A stretch of DNA of 38,968 nt from Pseudobdellovibrionaceae bacterium (GTDB taxonomy: Bacteria; Bdellovibrionota; Bdellovibrionia; Bdellovibrionales; UBA1609): positions 1-38,968 of the forward strand of contig JAUVAX010000021.1 in assembly GCA_030591685.1 (NCBI GenBank), written 5' to 3'. Below, one piece after another: positions 37,233 to 38,968 of this stretch. The first letter of the stretch is position 1. Every line of letters begins with the position of its first letter. The position numbers and the translations under genes are program-made. A model generated the notes under the pieces. That model did no database searches and was not told the origin of the DNA. It saw only the letters and a list, made by a program, of their open reading frames with translations.

Positions 37233-38225
37233 TTAGTACTCCCTCTCAATTTTAATCGATACGAGCTTCACAGGTATTCGGGGCCGATCATTTGCCTTTA
37301 CAGGCACTCGTCCAATAATGTGAACGTTTTTCATGCCCTCTATAATTTGACCAAACACTGTGTATTTATTGTTTAGCGATTTTTGTGGTCGCAGGGTAAT
37401 ATAAAACTGACTTCCATTAGTATTGGGCCCAGAGTTGGCCATGGCTAGCGTGCCCTCTTTATCGTGCTTTAATCCGGGGTGAAATTCGTCCTCAACAGTA
37501 TAACCGGGCCCTCCTCGGCCATTACCCAGAGGGTCGCCGGTTTGAATGATATACCCCCTGGAAATAATATGAAAATCTAAGTTTTTATAAAAAGGTGTGT
37601 TTTTATAAGTACGCCCCTTGTAGCGATAGATTTTTGTGCCCTCAACAAGGTTAATAAAGTTGGCCACATTTTTTGGAGCTCTTAAATGAAACAGCTTTGC
37701 TTTAAAGGGTCTGACTTTTTTACCAGAAATAGTGACATTAAAAATTGCATAGTAGGCTTTCACTCTTTTTTTAGTGGCAGGGGTGTCTTTAACAGGCGCC
37801 TGAGTGGGTGTCTTAGCACTGTCACTGGGTTTGAGTTCAGCTGAGGGGGCAGGGCTAGGGCTTGCTTCGTCAGCGTTACTAGGGGCCTTGCTTGTTTTTT
37901 TCATAGGCGAGGGGGAGGCTGTTTTACCGGACTCATTTAGGGGCGGCAAAGGGAGGTTATTTTTTTTAGGTGACAATTTAGATGACGGCACCGGAGCGCT
38001 ATCACTCGATGCTGGTTTTTGAGTTGAAGTGCTTGGTTGAGCGTTACTGTTTTCAGAGCTGCCAGTGGTAACTTTGTTCGCGCCCACAGGTGATTTTTTA
38101 TTTACATCAACCGCAGGCTCAGATTTTTTTAAAACCTCAGTTGGGCCAGGACTGCTCGATTGAGAGAACAGGTCGTGCCCTGAGAGTAATACGAGTAAAG
38201 TGATAACAATAAATATTTGTTTCAA
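37233..38225 (-). CDS. Exported cyclophilin-type PPIase homologue with long Pro/Ser/Lys-rich linker
   Basis: APKNVANFINL, IIQTGDPLGNGRGGPGY, LAMANSGPNTNGSQFYIT, YTVFGQIIEGM; signal peptide; TTG start with GGAGG RBS. Confidence 0.92.
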   Translation of the reverse strand: MKQIFIVITLLVLLSGHDLFSQSSSPGPTEVLKKSEPAVDVNKKSPVGANKVTTGSSENSNAQPSTSTQKPASSDSAPVPSSKLSPKKNNLPLPPLNESGKTASPSPMKKTSKAPSNADEASPSPAPSAELKPSDSAKTPTQAPVKDTPATKKRVKAYYAIFNVTISGKKVRPFKAKLFHLRAPKNVANFINLVEGTKIYRYKGRTYKNTPFYKNLDFHIISRGYIIQTGDPLGNGRGGPGYTVEDEFHPGLKHDKEGTLAMANSGPNTNGSQFYITLRPQKSLNNKYTVFGQIIEGMKNVHIIGRVPVKANDRPRIPVKLVSIKIEREY

Positions 38226-38274
38226 GAGGCCCTCCCCCGGTTCGCTTTAAGAAAAGTATAATAAAAACGCTAGC

Positions 38275-38967
38275 TTAAGATTTTTTAAGCGTCAAGTGTT
38301 TTAGGGCCTCAAGGCTGTCATGAAGATAGCTATGCAGCTGTTGGGGCAACTCATCAGCGTTAGTCTTAAGCACCTGTGTAAGGCCTAAGAAACTCTCTGA
38401 GTTAAATATAAGTTCACTCCCAGAGTGTTGGGAGAGCAGTTGATACAGCTGCTCCACAGCCCTAAGTCGAGTGTATATTCGGCAGAGTGTCTTTGCTTCT
38501 TTAGAGTCAACTTGTTCAAAGGTAGCAATTGTATTTGCCGATATCGGTGCAATTTTATGAATCAGCAAATACTGCTGAATAGAAAACTCAATATCAATAA
38601 GTCCACCGGGTGAGTATTTTAAATCAAGGCCCTGTGCTTTAGGGCTTTTTATAAGCTTTGATTTAATGCTAATAAGTTCATCGACCTCAGCCTGATTTAA
38701 TGTACTTTCGAGGGCCCAAGTGTGAATACAGTTAGAGCTAAGGTCACTGGCGAGGCTCCTTGCTCGTAAGTAGGCCTGCCTTTGCCAGGGAGCCGCTGTT
38801 TTAGTTAAAAATATTTTTAACTGATCAAAGCTAACAAGTAAGGGCCCGGCATTGCCACTCGGGCGTAACCTCAGGTCAATATCATAAAGAGTCCCGCCGC
38901 TGTGCTGGTCCTGAAGTCGTGAAACAAACCGCCGCGCAATTTTAAAATCGTTTTCACTGGGCTTATT
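38275..38967 (-). CDS. glnE: Glutamine synthetase adenylyltransferase GlnE, 3' part (5' end outside window)
   Basis: The frame is open from the window end: LYDIDLRLRPSGNAGPLLVS, APWQRQAYLRAR, DLKYSPGGLIDIEF, YTRLRAVEQLYQL. The track shows only the last 97 aa. Confidence 0.9.
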   Translation of the reverse strand, partial: NKPSENDFKIARRFVSRLQDQHSGGTLYDIDLRLRPSGNAGPLLVSFDQLKIFLTKTAAPWQRQAYLRARSLASDLSSNCIHTWALESTLNQAEVDELISIKSKLIKSPKAQGLDLKYSPGGLIDIEFSIQQYLLIHKIAPISANTIATFEQVDSKEAKTLCRIYTRLRAVEQLYQLLSQHSGSELIFNSESFLGLTQVLKTNADELPQQLHSYLHDSLEALKHLTLKKS

Positions 38968-38968
38968 A

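Overview
AT-rich bacterial chromosomal window, most likely from a Bdellovibrionota (Bdellovibrionales-like) predator. This is an inference from two TIGR02147/DUF4423 HTH proteins, an FQNC lipobox, a post-signal-peptide GNGG motif and many orphan secreted proteins. The window opens exactly at the left end of a complete IS30-family element (1-1043). Positions ~1.2-25.6 kb look accessory: DUF4423 regulators, a nitroreductase-like gene, a GNGG/HExxH secreted protein, an LbH acyltransferase, glpT-glpQ, a DTW protein, a secreted protein ending in a FeeM-like GNAT domain, a PLA2-like protein, an aldehyde dehydrogenase, a multiply disrupted Ig-domain lipoprotein gene that the ORF track only catches in pieces, an HlyIII-HicB-like fusion, an atypical SDR coupled to RlmN and several secreted orphans. 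From tRNA-Phe (25836-25911) onward it looks like core genome: dusB, a NodI/NodJ-like ABC pair with an eroded ATPase, an epimerase, cNMP protein-motA-motB, two secreted proteins each behind a sigma54 site, a cyclophilin lacking its catalytic Arg, and the 3' part of glnE. All family calls come from motif recognition by eye; no searches were run.
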